Part shown: piece by piece, positions 45,110 through 55,211 of the stretch
How positions within the stretch are numbered: position 1 is the first letter of the stretch
Layout of the letters: the number at the start of each line of letters is the position of its first letter
Assembly (NCBI GenBank): GCA_001001115.1
Contig: LCIO01000001.1
Coordinates: 300,710-364,709, forward strand
Direction: 5' to 3'
DNA: 64,000 bases
From: Candidatus Wolfebacteria bacterium GW2011_GWA1_44_24
Lineage (GTDB): Bacteria > Patescibacteriota > Minisyncoccia > UBA6257 > UBA9933
Program-made: the position numbers and the translations under genes
Notes under the pieces: generated by a model
What the model saw: the letters and a program-made list of their open reading frames with translations, nothing else
What the model was told of the DNA's origin: nothing
Database searches by the model: none

Positions 45110-46877
45110 ATTTTTTATCTTTAATTTCTTTTTTAATCTGCTCCAGAAATTTTTCTAAATTCATAACATTTTGTTCTCTCTTTCTGGAACGGACAGCTAC
45201 GGTGTTTGTTTGAACTTCTTTTTCGCCAATGATCAGAATATAAGGAATTTTTTGAAGTTCGGATTCGCGGATGCGTTTGCCCAAAGTTTCGTTGCTTGGC
45301 GCAAGTTCGGCTGAAACGCCGTTATTTTTTAATTCCGTTAAAATTTTTTGAGCGTAATTGTCTTGTTTTTCGCTTATTGCAAGAATTTTCACTTGGATCG
45401 GCGCCAGCCAAAGCGGCAGATTGCCGCAGGTTTTCTCGATGAGAAAAGCAAAAAATCGGTCAAATGAACCGAAAATCGCGCGATGGATAATAATAGCCGG
45501 TTTTTCTTTCCCGTCTTTGCCGATGTAATTCAGATTGAATTTTGGCGCGGAATAATAATCAACCTGAATGGTGGCGATAGTGTCTTCTTTTCCCCAGATG
45601 TCTTTTATCTGGATGTCGATTTTCGGGCCGTAAAACGAGGCTTCGCCGACGGCTTCGATGAATTTATGTCCGGCATTTTTCAACGCTTTTTCCAAAACCA
45701 ACGCGCCTCTTTGCCACATTTTTTTATTTTTGACATCGCCGAATTTTTCTTTGTTTTTGAAATCCGGCAATGAAAGGCGATACCAATAATCATTGATATT
45801 GAAATCGTCAAAAACTCTTTTATGGAGCTTCAAGATAGAAACAATTTCATTTTCCAGATTTTCTTCATATGTGTAAACATGGGCGTCATTTTGAGTAAAT
45901 CCGCGCACCCGAATTAAGCCCGACAAGACGCCGGAGCGTTCATGGCGATAAACGGTGCCGAATTCCGCCAGCCGCAGGGGCAGTTCCCTATAACTTCTTT
46001 TGTGATGTTTGTAAATTGAGTGATGGTGCGGACAATTCATCGGCTTGAGATAATATTTTTCATTGTCAATCGCAATCGGCGCGTACATATCTTCTTTGTA
46101 ATGAGCCAAATGCCCGGATTTTTTATATAAATCTTCTTTGGCAATGTGCGAAGTCAGAATGTGCAAGTAGCCGTTTTGTTCTTCCAAATCATAAATGTAG
46201 TTTTCCAATTTTCGCCTTATGGAATATCCTTTTGGCAGCCACAAGGGAAGACCCTTGCCGATTTCTTCGTCAATCATAAAAAATTCCAAACGTTCGCCGA
46301 GATTCCGATGGTCGCAACGCTCGGCCTCCGAAAGTTTTTTTTCATACTCCGCCAATTCATTTCTGGTTTCAAAAGCCGCGCCGTAGATTCTGGTAAGCAT
46401 CGGATTTTTTTCGCTGCCGCGCCAGTAAGCGCCGGCGAGTTTTGTCAATTTGAAGGCATTGGGGTCGATTTCGGAAGTTGATTTAATGTGAGGTCCAACG
46501 CATAAATCCGAGAATTTAGCGGTTTTATAAACGGTTAATGGTTTTTTGCCGGTTTTTTGGAGTTCTTTAGCGAGTTCTAATTTATACGGTTGGTTTTTAA
46601 AAAGTTTTTTTACCGCAACAGTGGAAATAATTTCTTTTTTGAATTGCAGATTTTGCTTGATTAACTCGCGCATTCGATTTTCCAATTTCGGCAGATCTTC
46701 GGGCGATAAGGAAATATCGCCGAAATCATAATAAAAGCCGTTTTCAATAACCGGACCGATGCCGAGTTTGGCTTTGGGGAATTTTTCCAAAACCGCCATT
46801 GCCAGCAAGTGAGCAAGCGAATGGCGGATTTTTTCCAAATGTTTTTCGTTTCGCATGTTTATTTTTAATAATAGCAT
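45108..46877 (-). CDS. thrS: Threonyl-tRNA synthetase (no TGS domain)
   Basis: HSLAHLLAMAV editing-domain motif and the class II core. An alternative start is the ATG at 46856. Confidence 0.95.
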   Translation of the reverse strand: MLLLKINMRNEKHLEKIRHSLAHLLAMAVLEKFPKAKLGIGPVIENGFYYDFGDISLSPEDLPKLENRMRELIKQNLQFKKEIISTVAVKKLFKNQPYKLELAKELQKTGKKPLTVYKTAKFSDLCVGPHIKSTSEIDPNAFKLTKLAGAYWRGSEKNPMLTRIYGAAFETRNELAEYEKKLSEAERCDHRNLGERLEFFMIDEEIGKGLPLWLPKGYSIRRKLENYIYDLEEQNGYLHILTSHIAKEDLYKKSGHLAHYKEDMYAPIAIDNEKYYLKPMNCPHHHSIYKHHKRSYRELPLRLAEFGTVYRHERSGVLSGLIRVRGFTQNDAHVYTYEENLENEIVSILKLHKRVFDDFNINDYWYRLSLPDFKNKEKFGDVKNKKMWQRGALVLEKALKNAGHKFIEAVGEASFYGPKIDIQIKDIWGKEDTIATIQVDYYSAPKFNLNYIGKDGKEKPAIIIHRAIFGSFDRFFAFLIEKTCGNLPLWLAPIQVKILAISEKQDNYAQKILTELKNNGVSAELAPSNETLGKRIRESELQKIPYILIIGEKEVQTNTVAVRSRKREQNVMNLEKFLEQIKKEIKDKK

Positions 46878-46904
46878 AATTTTTGAAAATTGCGAATTGA
46901 GGGG

Positions 46905-46933
46905 TTGATTGTTTGGGATATTTATTGTATACT
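46905..46933 (+). promoter_or_regulatory. Candidate promoter of the 47013 cassette (ttgatt, 17 nt spacer, tatact)
   Basis: Hexamers read directly. Confidence 0.4.
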
Positions 46934-47012
46934 AATTTCAGTAATTTTTGGATTAAAATTAAAATAAGAATGTTGGAGAGAATACAAAAACCTTAAATTA
47001 AAGGAGGTTGCC

Positions 47013-47432
47013 ATGGGAAGACATATTCGTTTTTTTGAGGATATTTCAGATTTAATGAGAGCAGGGGCAGAGGTTGAGGTAGGAGAAATTTTCCCCGAAG
47101 AGATTGAAGACGAAGAAAGAATTGGGGGCAAAAGAAATTTTATCTCCATCGAAGAAATCCCCGATGAGAATTCAGACCCCCTCGACATTTTGTTGAGGAT
47201 GGAAGAGGCGCGCTCATATTTTTTGATTCCAAATAAACAGATTCCAGAGAAACAGGCCCCGGAGAAATACAAGTTATTTTCCCGAGAAAACCTGAAGCCG
47301 TTTTTTCTTGAAAAAGATGAAAAGCCGGATTTCGCTCCGGAAGACATTTTTTCTTCGTCGGTGGGAGTAAGAGCCGAAAGGAAAGCCTTGAATCACAAAA
47401 AAAGACTCAAGGGGAAAGGGAGAAAAAGATAA
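47013..47432 (+). CDS. Acidic hypothetical protein with a basic tail
   Basis: SD aaaggagg upstream. 139 aa, Glu/Asp-rich, ending KKRLKGKGRKR. Confidence 0.4.
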   Translation: MGRHIRFFEDISDLMRAGAEVEVGEIFPEEIEDEERIGGKRNFISIEEIPDENSDPLDILLRMEEARSYFLIPNKQIPEKQAPEKYKLFSRENLKPFFLEKDEKPDFAPEDIFSSSVGVRAERKALNHKKRLKGKGRKR

Positions 47433-47455
47433 TTCGTAGTATAAAATTGTTGTAG

Positions 47456-47483
47456 TGGGGGCGATATATTCGTCCCCATTTTT
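47456..47483 (+). terminator. Rho-independent terminator
   Basis: 9-bp stem tgggggcga / tcgtcccca (one G-U pair), 5-nt loop, then ttttt. Overlaps the dnaE stop. Confidence 0.6.
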
Positions 47484-50400
47484 ATAACTCCATCGCGCTT
47501 TGAACAATGAGTTTCGGCTCGTCGTCTTTCCACGACAATCGTCCTTCAACAATTAAAATTTTATTTTCCTGCCACAAGGCGGGATTTTTTGAAAAAGTAT
47601 CGGAAAAAATCAATACTTCCATATTGTCGTTTGAATCTTCGATTTTGGCGAAAATCATCGGCTGGCCGTTTTTAGTGACAATTTTCTGGATTTTAGTAAT
47701 CACGCCGGCGATACGATAAACGCCGCCAATCTCTTTTTTGCCGCTCATCAATCCGAAAAGTTTCGGGTCTTTCATGGTTTTAATTTCTTTAATCGGCTTG
47801 ATTTTTTTTATTTTAAGGACATCAATATATTCTTTCATGGGATGGTCGGAAATATACAAGCCGACCAGTTCTTTTTCCCAAAGCAGTTTTTCTTTGTTGG
47901 AAGCCGCCGGAGCGGGTTTTAATTTTAAAGAAGCAATGGCATAATCCGAGCCGAAAAGGCTGTTTTGGGAAGAAATAGCCGCTTTTCTGGCATTCTGGCT
48001 GAAAGCCAGAATTTCTTCAATATTGGACAAGAGCGCGCCCCTTTCAATATCCAGCGAATCAAAAACTCCGGCTTTAATCGAACTTTCCAGGGATTTTTTG
48101 TTTAAATCTTTGTGGCGCGCCCGGTTCAGAAAATCAGCGAAATTTTGAAAAGAGCCGTTTCTGATTCTTTCTTCGATAATCGCTTCCACGACGGCGGCGC
48201 CGACATTTTTAATCGCTAAAAGTCCGAAGCGGATATTTTTTTCTTCCGGCGCGAAATTGACGAAACTTTTGTTGATATCCGGCGGCAGAACTTGAACGCC
48301 GATTTTTTTAGCTTCATCAATTAGAAATGAAATTCTTTCCACATCGCCGCTTTCGGCGTTAAATAAAGATGTCATGAATTCAACGGGATAATGGGCTTTA
48401 AGATAAGCGGTTTGATAGCTGATTAAGGCGTAGCAGACGGCATGACTTCTGTTAAATCCGTATCGGGCGAAAGGCGGAAACAATTCCCAGATGGCTTCGG
48501 CGGTTTTTTGCTCAATGCCGTTTTTCAGCATTCCATTTATCAGTTTTTCTTTTTGGGCGTCCAGGAGGGATTTTATTTTCTTGCCGATAGCTTTGCGCAG
48601 AGTGTCGGCTTCGGACAGGGTAAAGCCGGCCAAATCCCGGGCGATTCGCATCATTTGTTCCTGATAAACGCCGATGCCGTAAGTTTTTTCAAAAATCGGC
48701 TCAAGTTTTGGATGAAGATGGGAAATTTTTTCAAGACCGTGTTTTCTTTTAACGTATTTCGGAATAAGTTCCATCGGGCCGGGCCGGTAAAGGGCGACCA
48801 TCGCGACAATATCTTCAAATTCCGTCGGCTTCAATTCTTTCAGCCATCGCCGCATGCCGTCGGATTCAAACTGAAAGACCGAAACCGTCTCGCCTTTTTG
48901 GAATAACTCAAAAGTTTTTTTGTTATCAAGCGGAATTTTGGCAATGTCGACTTCCTCGTTTTTCATTTCTTTAATAAGCCGGACGGTTTCTTCGATAATG
49001 GTTAGATTTTTCAATCCCAAAAAATCCATTTTTAAAAGGCCCAAATCTTCAACACTTTCCATTTCAAATTGAGTGATGATAATGTTTTGATTTTGGGGCG
49101 CGTATTGAAGCGGCGTGTAATTTGTCAGCGGTTCCTTGGAAATGACGATGCCGCAAGCGTGAACCGAAGCGTGGCGAGCCACGCCCTCAAGGTGTTTTGC
49201 CGCGTCGATGATTTTTTGGGCGTCGTGATTGCTACTGTACAGAGCGTTTAATTCTTTGATGTTTTCCATCGCTTCGGTCAGATTTTGATTAAAAGGAATC
49301 AGTTTGGCTATTTGGTCGCCCAGGGCGTAGGGGAAATCCATAGCGCGAGTGGCGTCTCTAATAGCGGCCCGGGCCGCCATTGTTCCGAAGGTGATGATTT
49401 GCGCCACTTTGTTTTCGCCATATTTTTGCCGGACATAGGCGAAAATTTCGTCCCGCCGGCTGTCGGCAAAATCAATGTCAATATCCGGCATCGCGATTCT
49501 TTCCGGATTCAAAAATCTTTCGAAAAGCAAGTCGTATTTTAACGGGTCAACGCCGGTGATTCCCAAAACATAAGAAACTAAACTGCCGGCTGCCGAGCCG
49601 CGGCCGGGTCCGACCGCAATACCGCGTTCTTTGGCCCAATTGACGATATCTTGGACAATCAAAAAATAATCGGCAAAATTGGTTTTTTCAATGACATCAA
49701 GTTCGTGTTTCAGGCGTTCTTTCAATTTTTCGTCCGGATTCGGAAATTTTTCCGGAAGTTTTTCCGCTATCAATTTTTCCAAATACTGGTTGGCGTTGAC
49801 GGATTTTTCAAGAGGGAAAGACGGCAAAAGAATTTGTCCGAGTTTAATATTGACATTGCAGCGTTCGGCGATTTTTGCCGTGTTTTCAACGGCTTCGGGG
49901 AAATCTTCGAATAATTTCGTTGCTTCTTCGGCTGAAAACATTGAAAAATCGTCGATTTTGAGCGTCAGCCGGTCGTCATCGCTTAATTTATTGCCGGTTT
50001 GCACCGCCAGTAAAATATCCTGATATTGGGCGTCTTCGGGCCTGATATAATGGATGTCTTGAGTGGCGACAAGGGGGATGCCGGTTTGGCGGGAAATTTT
50101 TGTTATTTCTTTTTTGACTTTGACGACTTCCGGGATATTGGGGTGTTCGCCGATTTCAAGAAAAAAATTTCCATTGCCGAAAATTTCGGAATATTCTTTG
50201 ACGACTTTTTCGGCTTCCTCAAAATTTTCCCGCAAAATAAGCTGGGGAATTTCTCCTCTGGGACAGCCGCTTAAAGCGATAAGCCCCTCGCGATGTTGTT
50301 TTAAGAGTTCTTTGTCTACCCGCGGTTTGTAATAGAATCCTTCCAGATTGGCTTTGGTGACCAATTGAATCAGATTTTGCCAGCCGGCGTTGTTTTCCGC

Positions 50401-50676
50401 CAAAAGTGTCAAATGAAAATATTTGTCGTTGTTTTTGCCGGCTTCTTTGTCGAATCGGCTGGCCGGCGCCACATAAATTTCCGTTCCTAAAATTGGCTTA
50501 ATTCCTTCTTTAAGCGCTTTTTTATAAAATTCAATTGCGCCGTAAAGATTGCCGTGGTCCGTTAGAGCCAGAGCTTCCATTTTCAGTTCTTTGGCGCGGC
50601 CGATAAGGTCGTCAATTTTAGCCAAGCCGTCTAACAGAGAATAATGGCTATGAGTATGGAGGTGAACGAATTTCAT
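47482..50676 (-). CDS. dnaE: DNA polymerase III alpha subunit
   Basis: PHP N-terminus FVHLHTHSHYSLLDG. 1064 aa. Confidence 0.95.
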   Translation of the reverse strand: MKFVHLHTHSHYSLLDGLAKIDDLIGRAKELKMEALALTDHGNLYGAIEFYKKALKEGIKPILGTEIYVAPASRFDKEAGKNNDKYFHLTLLAENNAGWQNLIQLVTKANLEGFYYKPRVDKELLKQHREGLIALSGCPRGEIPQLILRENFEEAEKVVKEYSEIFGNGNFFLEIGEHPNIPEVVKVKKEITKISRQTGIPLVATQDIHYIRPEDAQYQDILLAVQTGNKLSDDDRLTLKIDDFSMFSAEEATKLFEDFPEAVENTAKIAERCNVNIKLGQILLPSFPLEKSVNANQYLEKLIAEKLPEKFPNPDEKLKERLKHELDVIEKTNFADYFLIVQDIVNWAKERGIAVGPGRGSAAGSLVSYVLGITGVDPLKYDLLFERFLNPERIAMPDIDIDFADSRRDEIFAYVRQKYGENKVAQIITFGTMAARAAIRDATRAMDFPYALGDQIAKLIPFNQNLTEAMENIKELNALYSSNHDAQKIIDAAKHLEGVARHASVHACGIVISKEPLTNYTPLQYAPQNQNIIITQFEMESVEDLGLLKMDFLGLKNLTIIEETVRLIKEMKNEEVDIAKIPLDNKKTFELFQKGETVSVFQFESDGMRRWLKELKPTEFEDIVAMVALYRPGPMELIPKYVKRKHGLEKISHLHPKLEPIFEKTYGIGVYQEQMMRIARDLAGFTLSEADTLRKAIGKKIKSLLDAQKEKLINGMLKNGIEQKTAEAIWELFPPFARYGFNRSHAVCYALISYQTAYLKAHYPVEFMTSLFNAESGDVERISFLIDEAKKIGVQVLPPDINKSFVNFAPEEKNIRFGLLAIKNVGAAVVEAIIEERIRNGSFQNFADFLNRARHKDLNKKSLESSIKAGVFDSLDIERGALLSNIEEILAFSQNARKAAISSQNSLFGSDYAIASLKLKPAPAASNKEKLLWEKELVGLYISDHPMKEYIDVLKIKKIKPIKEIKTMKDPKLFGLMSGKKEIGGVYRIAGVITKIQKIVTKNGQPMIFAKIEDSNDNMEVLIFSDTFSKNPALWQENKILIVEGRLSWKDDEPKLIVQSAMEL

Positions 50677-50753
50677 AATTCATATATTACTATAAAGTTA
50701 AAGAGGATTAAAACAAATAGGGAACTTGAGAAAACGCCGATAATCTTATAGAA

Positions 50754-51728
50754 TTGAATATGTCAAAAGTTTTCATTACGCGAAAAATTCCGGAAGCTGG
50801 CGCAAAATTATTAAAAGAGAAGGGTTGCGAAGTCGATATCAGCGCTAAAGACGGGGTTTTGACCAAAGAAGAATTGATGTTCGCGCTTCGCGGCAAAAAA
50901 TACGATGCCGTGCTTTGCCTTTTAACCGATAAAATCGACGGAGATGTTTTTGAATCCGCCGGGTCGCAGTGTAAAATTTTTGCAAATTTTGCCGTTGGTT
51001 TTGACAATATTGATTTGGCGACTGCCAAAGAAAAAGGAATATTGATAACGAATACGCCGGGGGTGCTGACGGAAACCGTGGCAGAACATACTTTTGCCTT
51101 AGTGCTGGCCATAGCTCATCGAATCGCCGAATCCGACCGTTTTACCCGTAACGGGAAATATGTGGGTTGGCAGCCGATGCTTTTTTTGGGGACAGACGTT
51201 TCCAGAAAAACGTTGGGAATTGTCGGTTTGGGGAGAATCGGTTCGCGGGTGGCTTATCACGCGGGCAAGGGATTCGAAATGAAGATTTTATATTATGACC
51301 CGAAGCCTAATCCGGCTTTTGAAAAAGAATTCGGAGCGCGATTCGTTGATTTAGAAACTCTTCTTAAGGAATCTGATTTTATTTCCATTCACGTGCCGCT
51401 CTTGCCGGAGACCCGCCATTTAATCGGAGAAAATCAATTAAAAATGATGAAAAAAAACGCTTATCTGATAAATACTTCCCGCGGCCCGATTATAGACGAA
51501 AAAGCTTTGGTTCAAGCGCTGAAAGAAAATTGGATTCGCGGCGCGGCTTTGGATGTTTATGAAAACGAGCCGGCTTTAGCGCCCGGTTTGGCGGAATTGG
51601 ACAACGTTATTTTAACTTCCCATATTGCTTCGGCCACCGAAGAAACGCGGGCAAAAATGTCCGAATTGGCGGCAACGAATATCATTGAAGCGCTTGAAGG
51701 CAGAATGCCGCCGAATTTGGTCAAATAA
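50754..51728 (+). CDS. D-isomer-specific 2-hydroxyacid dehydrogenase (glyoxylate/hydroxypyruvate reductase-like)
   Basis: NAD motif GIVGLGRIGSRVA and a catalytic region LTSHIAS. Confidence 0.85.
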   Translation: MNMSKVFITRKIPEAGAKLLKEKGCEVDISAKDGVLTKEELMFALRGKKYDAVLCLLTDKIDGDVFESAGSQCKIFANFAVGFDNIDLATAKEKGILITNTPGVLTETVAEHTFALVLAIAHRIAESDRFTRNGKYVGWQPMLFLGTDVSRKTLGIVGLGRIGSRVAYHAGKGFEMKILYYDPKPNPAFEKEFGARFVDLETLLKESDFISIHVPLLPETRHLIGENQLKMMKKNAYLINTSRGPIIDEKALVQALKENWIRGAALDVYENEPALAPGLAELDNVILTSHIASATEETRAKMSELAATNIIEALEGRMPPNLVK

Positions 51729-51729
51729 C

Positions 51730-52104
51730 ATGGTTTTTATCTACATCTTTAATCGTTTTCTTTATCGCATTAAGGAATTTTTCCGTCATTGGTACGTTAA
51801 AAGTTTTTTTATTTACACCCATTTCGTTATTTCTTTGCTGGAAAAAATTGACCGTTATTTCGCTTTCAAAATAACTTTGCGCCATCTTTTTGTCCCCCTG
51901 TATCTTGACAGGAGCGTTATCGGTTATATCTTGGGCTTTATTTTCAGGCTGGGAAGGTTGATTTTTGGAGGGACGGTTTATTTGTTGATTATTCCGGCGG
52001 CCGTATTTTTTTATCTTGTTTGGCTGGGAATACCGTTTTATGTCGGCTATCGGATAATTTTTGATTATGTTGGACTTGGACCTCAAAAATTTATCTTTTT
52101 CTGA
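51730..52104 (+). CDS. Small membrane protein (hypothetical)
   Basis: Start set at the ATG at 51730. Two or three hydrophobic helices. Overlaps the start of the Clp-family gene. Confidence 0.4.
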   Translation: MVFIYIFNRFLYRIKEFFRHWYVKSFFIYTHFVISLLEKIDRYFAFKITLRHLFVPLYLDRSVIGYILGFIFRLGRLIFGGTVYLLIIPAAVFFYLVWLGIPFYVGYRIIFDYVGLGPQKFIFF

Positions 52105-54619
52105 GCCGCGGCTTCAATTTAGCGCTGTTTCGCGTTTTTTGATACGGCTGGTTTGTTATTCTTTTTACGCGGTTTTGGCGGTTTCAGCCGTCACTTTTCT
52201 GCTTTCCGATATCGAGCGGCTTTTTTGGTCGGGAATTTTAATTTCTCTTTTTTTAGCCGATCGTTTGAGACATCGCGGCGAGGCCGAAAGGTCAACCGTT
52301 GAATTATTGCGGCATTTGCCGAGATTAAACCGCCGCAAGGAAAATATTTTCAGCGCCGAAATCCGCAACACCGCTTATTATCTGATGCCATCAAGTCTTT
52401 CCGTGTTGGAAAGAGCCCAGGATAAAACCTTGATTCTCGGCGGAGATTTTTATCTCTATCTGGTGAAATTTTTAATTCAATTGCCAGAAGTAAAAAAGGG
52501 ATTATTGCGGATGGATGTCCAAATAGACGATTTTGGGCAAAAAATTGAAGAGTTTATCGAGTCCGGAGAAAACAGAAAAATAAAAATTTCCAAGGAAGAT
52601 TGTTTGAAAAATATAGAAATAATCGTCAAGTCGGCTTTTTTGTCGGCCCTCGACTCGAAAAATTCTTTTATCGAACCGGTTAATTTATTTGCGGCGTTTG
52701 AAAACGCCGGTAGCCTGATCGTTAACAGGCTTTTTAATATATTCGATATCAATCCGGCTGATTTGGAATACGCCATTATTTTCAGCCGTTATGGAAGTTT
52801 TTGGAGCCGATTGCCGAAAACTCTCGGCGGATTTATTTCTCAACCGCGCCGATTAAGGCATCGGGTGATGAATCGCGCCTGGACTAGCCGTCCAACGCCG
52901 ACACTCGACGCTTTTGGCGTTGATTACACCGATTTGGCGCGTTCAAGAGAAATCGGTTTTTTAATCGGTCATCAGCAGGAATATGATCGGTTGGTTGATG
53001 TTTTGTCGCGGCCAACCAAACCTAACGCTTTGCTGGTCGGCGAACCGGGCAGCGGCAAAGAAGCTGTTGTCAAGTCATTGGCTTTCGCCCTGATTAAAGA
53101 CGAAGTGCCGGAAGCGATTTTTGACAAACGTCTGGTGTCTTTGGAAATCGGCCGTTTGGTTTCCGGCGCGAAAACCGAAGAAATTTCGAGCCGTTTGAAT
53201 AAAATTGTTGAAGAAATAATTATCAGCGACAATGTCATTCTTTATATTCCCGATATCCATAATCTGGCTAAAACTTCCAGTGAAGGAGTGATGAGCGCGG
53301 CTGATATTCTGATGCCGATTGTCAGCAATGACGCTTTTCCGCTTATCGGTGCCGCTTATTCGAGGGAGTTTAAGCAATTTATCGAGCCGTTAAGCGATTT
53401 TTCAAATGCTTTTGAAATCATCCGAATTGAAGAAATTTCCGAAGCTGAAGCCGTAAAAATATTGACTTACGAGAGTTTAATTTTGGAAAAGCAATATAAA
53501 CTGACCATTAGTTTCGGCGCCATAAAACAAGCGGCGTTATTGGCTCATAAATATTTCCGGCAGAAATTATTGCCCTCAAGCGCCGAGGACTTGCTCAAAG
53601 AATCATTGGCTTACGCGAGTCAGCGCGGAGACAAACTGCTTCAAGCAGATGATGTTATTGCGGTGGCGGAGAGGAAAATCAACGTGCCGCTTCACGCGCC
53701 GGGAAAAGGAGAGGCGGAGAAATTGCTCAATCTTGAGGATTCAATCCATCAATTTTTAATAGACCAGGAAACGGCGGTTTCGGCAGTAGCTCGGGCTTTA
53801 AGGGAATATCGCAGCGGTTTGTCCCGTAAGGGAGGGCCGATCGCCGCGTTTTTGTTCGTGGGGCCGACCGGCGTCGGCAAGACCGAATTGTCAAAAATTC
53901 TAGCGAAAATCCAGTTCGGCTCCGAAGCCGCGATGGTTCGTTTTGATATGTCCGAATATCAAACTCGGGAAAGCATTTCAAGATTTATCGGCTCAAGCGA
54001 CGCTCAAATCGCCGGCGCTCTAACAGAAGCGATTATTCAAAAGCCTTATAGTTTGATTTTGCTTGATGAGTTTGAAAAAGCCCATCCGGATATTTTGAAT
54101 TTGTTTTTGCAGGTTTTTGACGACGGCCGCTTGACCGACAGTTTGAACAGAACGGTTGATTTCACCAATACAATTATCATCGCCACCTCCAATGCCCATT
54201 CCAATTTCATTAAAGAACAAATTGAAGCCGGAGAGAAAATCGAAAAAATCGGGGAAGAATTAAAGAAAAAACTCACCGAATATTTTAAGCCGGAGTTGCT
54301 GAACCGCTTTTCCCAGATTGTGGTTTTCAAAAATCTTTCAGCAGTCGACATTGAAGCCATCGCGCGACTCCAATTAAAATCTTTGGCAAAAATTCTTGAA
54401 GAAACAAATGGCATCGGCTTGGATTTTGACGAAGCAACGGTAAAAAAAATCGCGGAACTCGGCTATGATCCGGTTTTCGGCGCCCGGCCTTTGCGCGGCG
54501 TGATTTCGGAAAAATTGAGGAGTCCTTTGGCGGAAAAAATTTTAAGAAGAGAAATTGTCAAAGGCAACAGCGTCAGAATTGTTTTGGAAGACGAGGGGAT
54601 AAAGTTTATAGTCGGTTGA
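52061..54619 (+). CDS. Clp/Hsp100-family double AAA+ ATPase with an N-terminal membrane segment
   Basis: D1 has GEPGSGKE and ILYIPDIH, both atypical. D2 has GPTGVGKTE and LILLDEFEKAH. N-terminal hydrophobic helices. Confidence 0.8.
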   Translation: MIMLDLDLKNLSFSEPRLQFSAVSRFLIRLVCYSFYAVLAVSAVTFLLSDIERLFWSGILISLFLADRLRHRGEAERSTVELLRHLPRLNRRKENIFSAEIRNTAYYLMPSSLSVLERAQDKTLILGGDFYLYLVKFLIQLPEVKKGLLRMDVQIDDFGQKIEEFIESGENRKIKISKEDCLKNIEIIVKSAFLSALDSKNSFIEPVNLFAAFENAGSLIVNRLFNIFDINPADLEYAIIFSRYGSFWSRLPKTLGGFISQPRRLRHRVMNRAWTSRPTPTLDAFGVDYTDLARSREIGFLIGHQQEYDRLVDVLSRPTKPNALLVGEPGSGKEAVVKSLAFALIKDEVPEAIFDKRLVSLEIGRLVSGAKTEEISSRLNKIVEEIIISDNVILYIPDIHNLAKTSSEGVMSAADILMPIVSNDAFPLIGAAYSREFKQFIEPLSDFSNAFEIIRIEEISEAEAVKILTYESLILEKQYKLTISFGAIKQAALLAHKYFRQKLLPSSAEDLLKESLAYASQRGDKLLQADDVIAVAERKINVPLHAPGKGEAEKLLNLEDSIHQFLIDQETAVSAVARALREYRSGLSRKGGPIAAFLFVGPTGVGKTELSKILAKIQFGSEAAMVRFDMSEYQTRESISRFIGSSDAQIAGALTEAIIQKPYSLILLDEFEKAHPDILNLFLQVFDDGRLTDSLNRTVDFTNTIIIATSNAHSNFIKEQIEAGEKIEKIGEELKKKLTEYFKPELLNRFSQIVVFKNLSAVDIEAIARLQLKSLAKILEETNGIGLDFDEATVKKIAELGYDPVFGARPLRGVISEKLRSPLAEKILRREIVKGNSVRIVLEDEGIKFIVG

Positions 54620-54718
54620 AAATATTGATTTCTCGCCGCATTTGTGATAATCTGATTTGAATCAAAAGGCATTTAATTGTTTTTTTGTTTTTTTAATAAA
54701 TTAAAAAGGAGGAAATAA

Positions 54719-55123
54719 ATGGAGGGGGCGAAAAAAACAGATAAGAGAGTGCTCATAGTTGATGATGAAGAAAGCCTTAGGGTAGGGCTTTCTTATCTCA
54801 TTAAGGAGAATATCGGCGGCTATGAAGTATTAATTGCCGACAGCGCCGAAAAAGCGATTGAGATTTTATTCTCAGGGGAGAAGATAGACATACTCCTGAC
54901 TGATTTCAGGTTTCGACTGAAGGGGAAAAACGGCATTGAATTAATCTGCTATACCAAAATTCAGTACCCCTTCATTATCAGGGCGATTTTGATGTCCGAC
55001 TTTATCAACGAAATAGACGAAAGAATCGCTAAAGAAGCAGGAGTCGATGATATTCTTCGCAAGCCCTTTTCACTCGATGTATTGGAAGGAGCTTTAAGGG
55101 GACTGTTGCCTGCCAATTTATGA
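54719..55123 (+). CDS. Stand-alone response-regulator receiver (CheY-like)
   Basis: VLIVDDEE, ILLTDF and RKPF motifs. SD aaaggagga upstream. Confidence 0.75.
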   Translation: MEGAKKTDKRVLIVDDEESLRVGLSYLIKENIGGYEVLIADSAEKAIEILFSGEKIDILLTDFRFRLKGKNGIELICYTKIQYPFIIRAILMSDFINEIDERIAKEAGVDDILRKPFSLDVLEGALRGLLPANL

Positions 55124-55142
55124 AGTTTACGAAACTGATTTT

Positions 55143-55174
55143 GGCGCCATTTTTAATTAGAATGGTGCCTTTTT
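55143..55174 (+). terminator. Rho-independent terminator
   Basis: ggcgccat / atggtgcc stem (one G-U pair), 11-nt loop, then ttttt. Confidence 0.55.
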
Positions 55175-55211
55175 ATTTTATTCAATTAAAAATATAATTA
55201 TCTAAAAGAGT

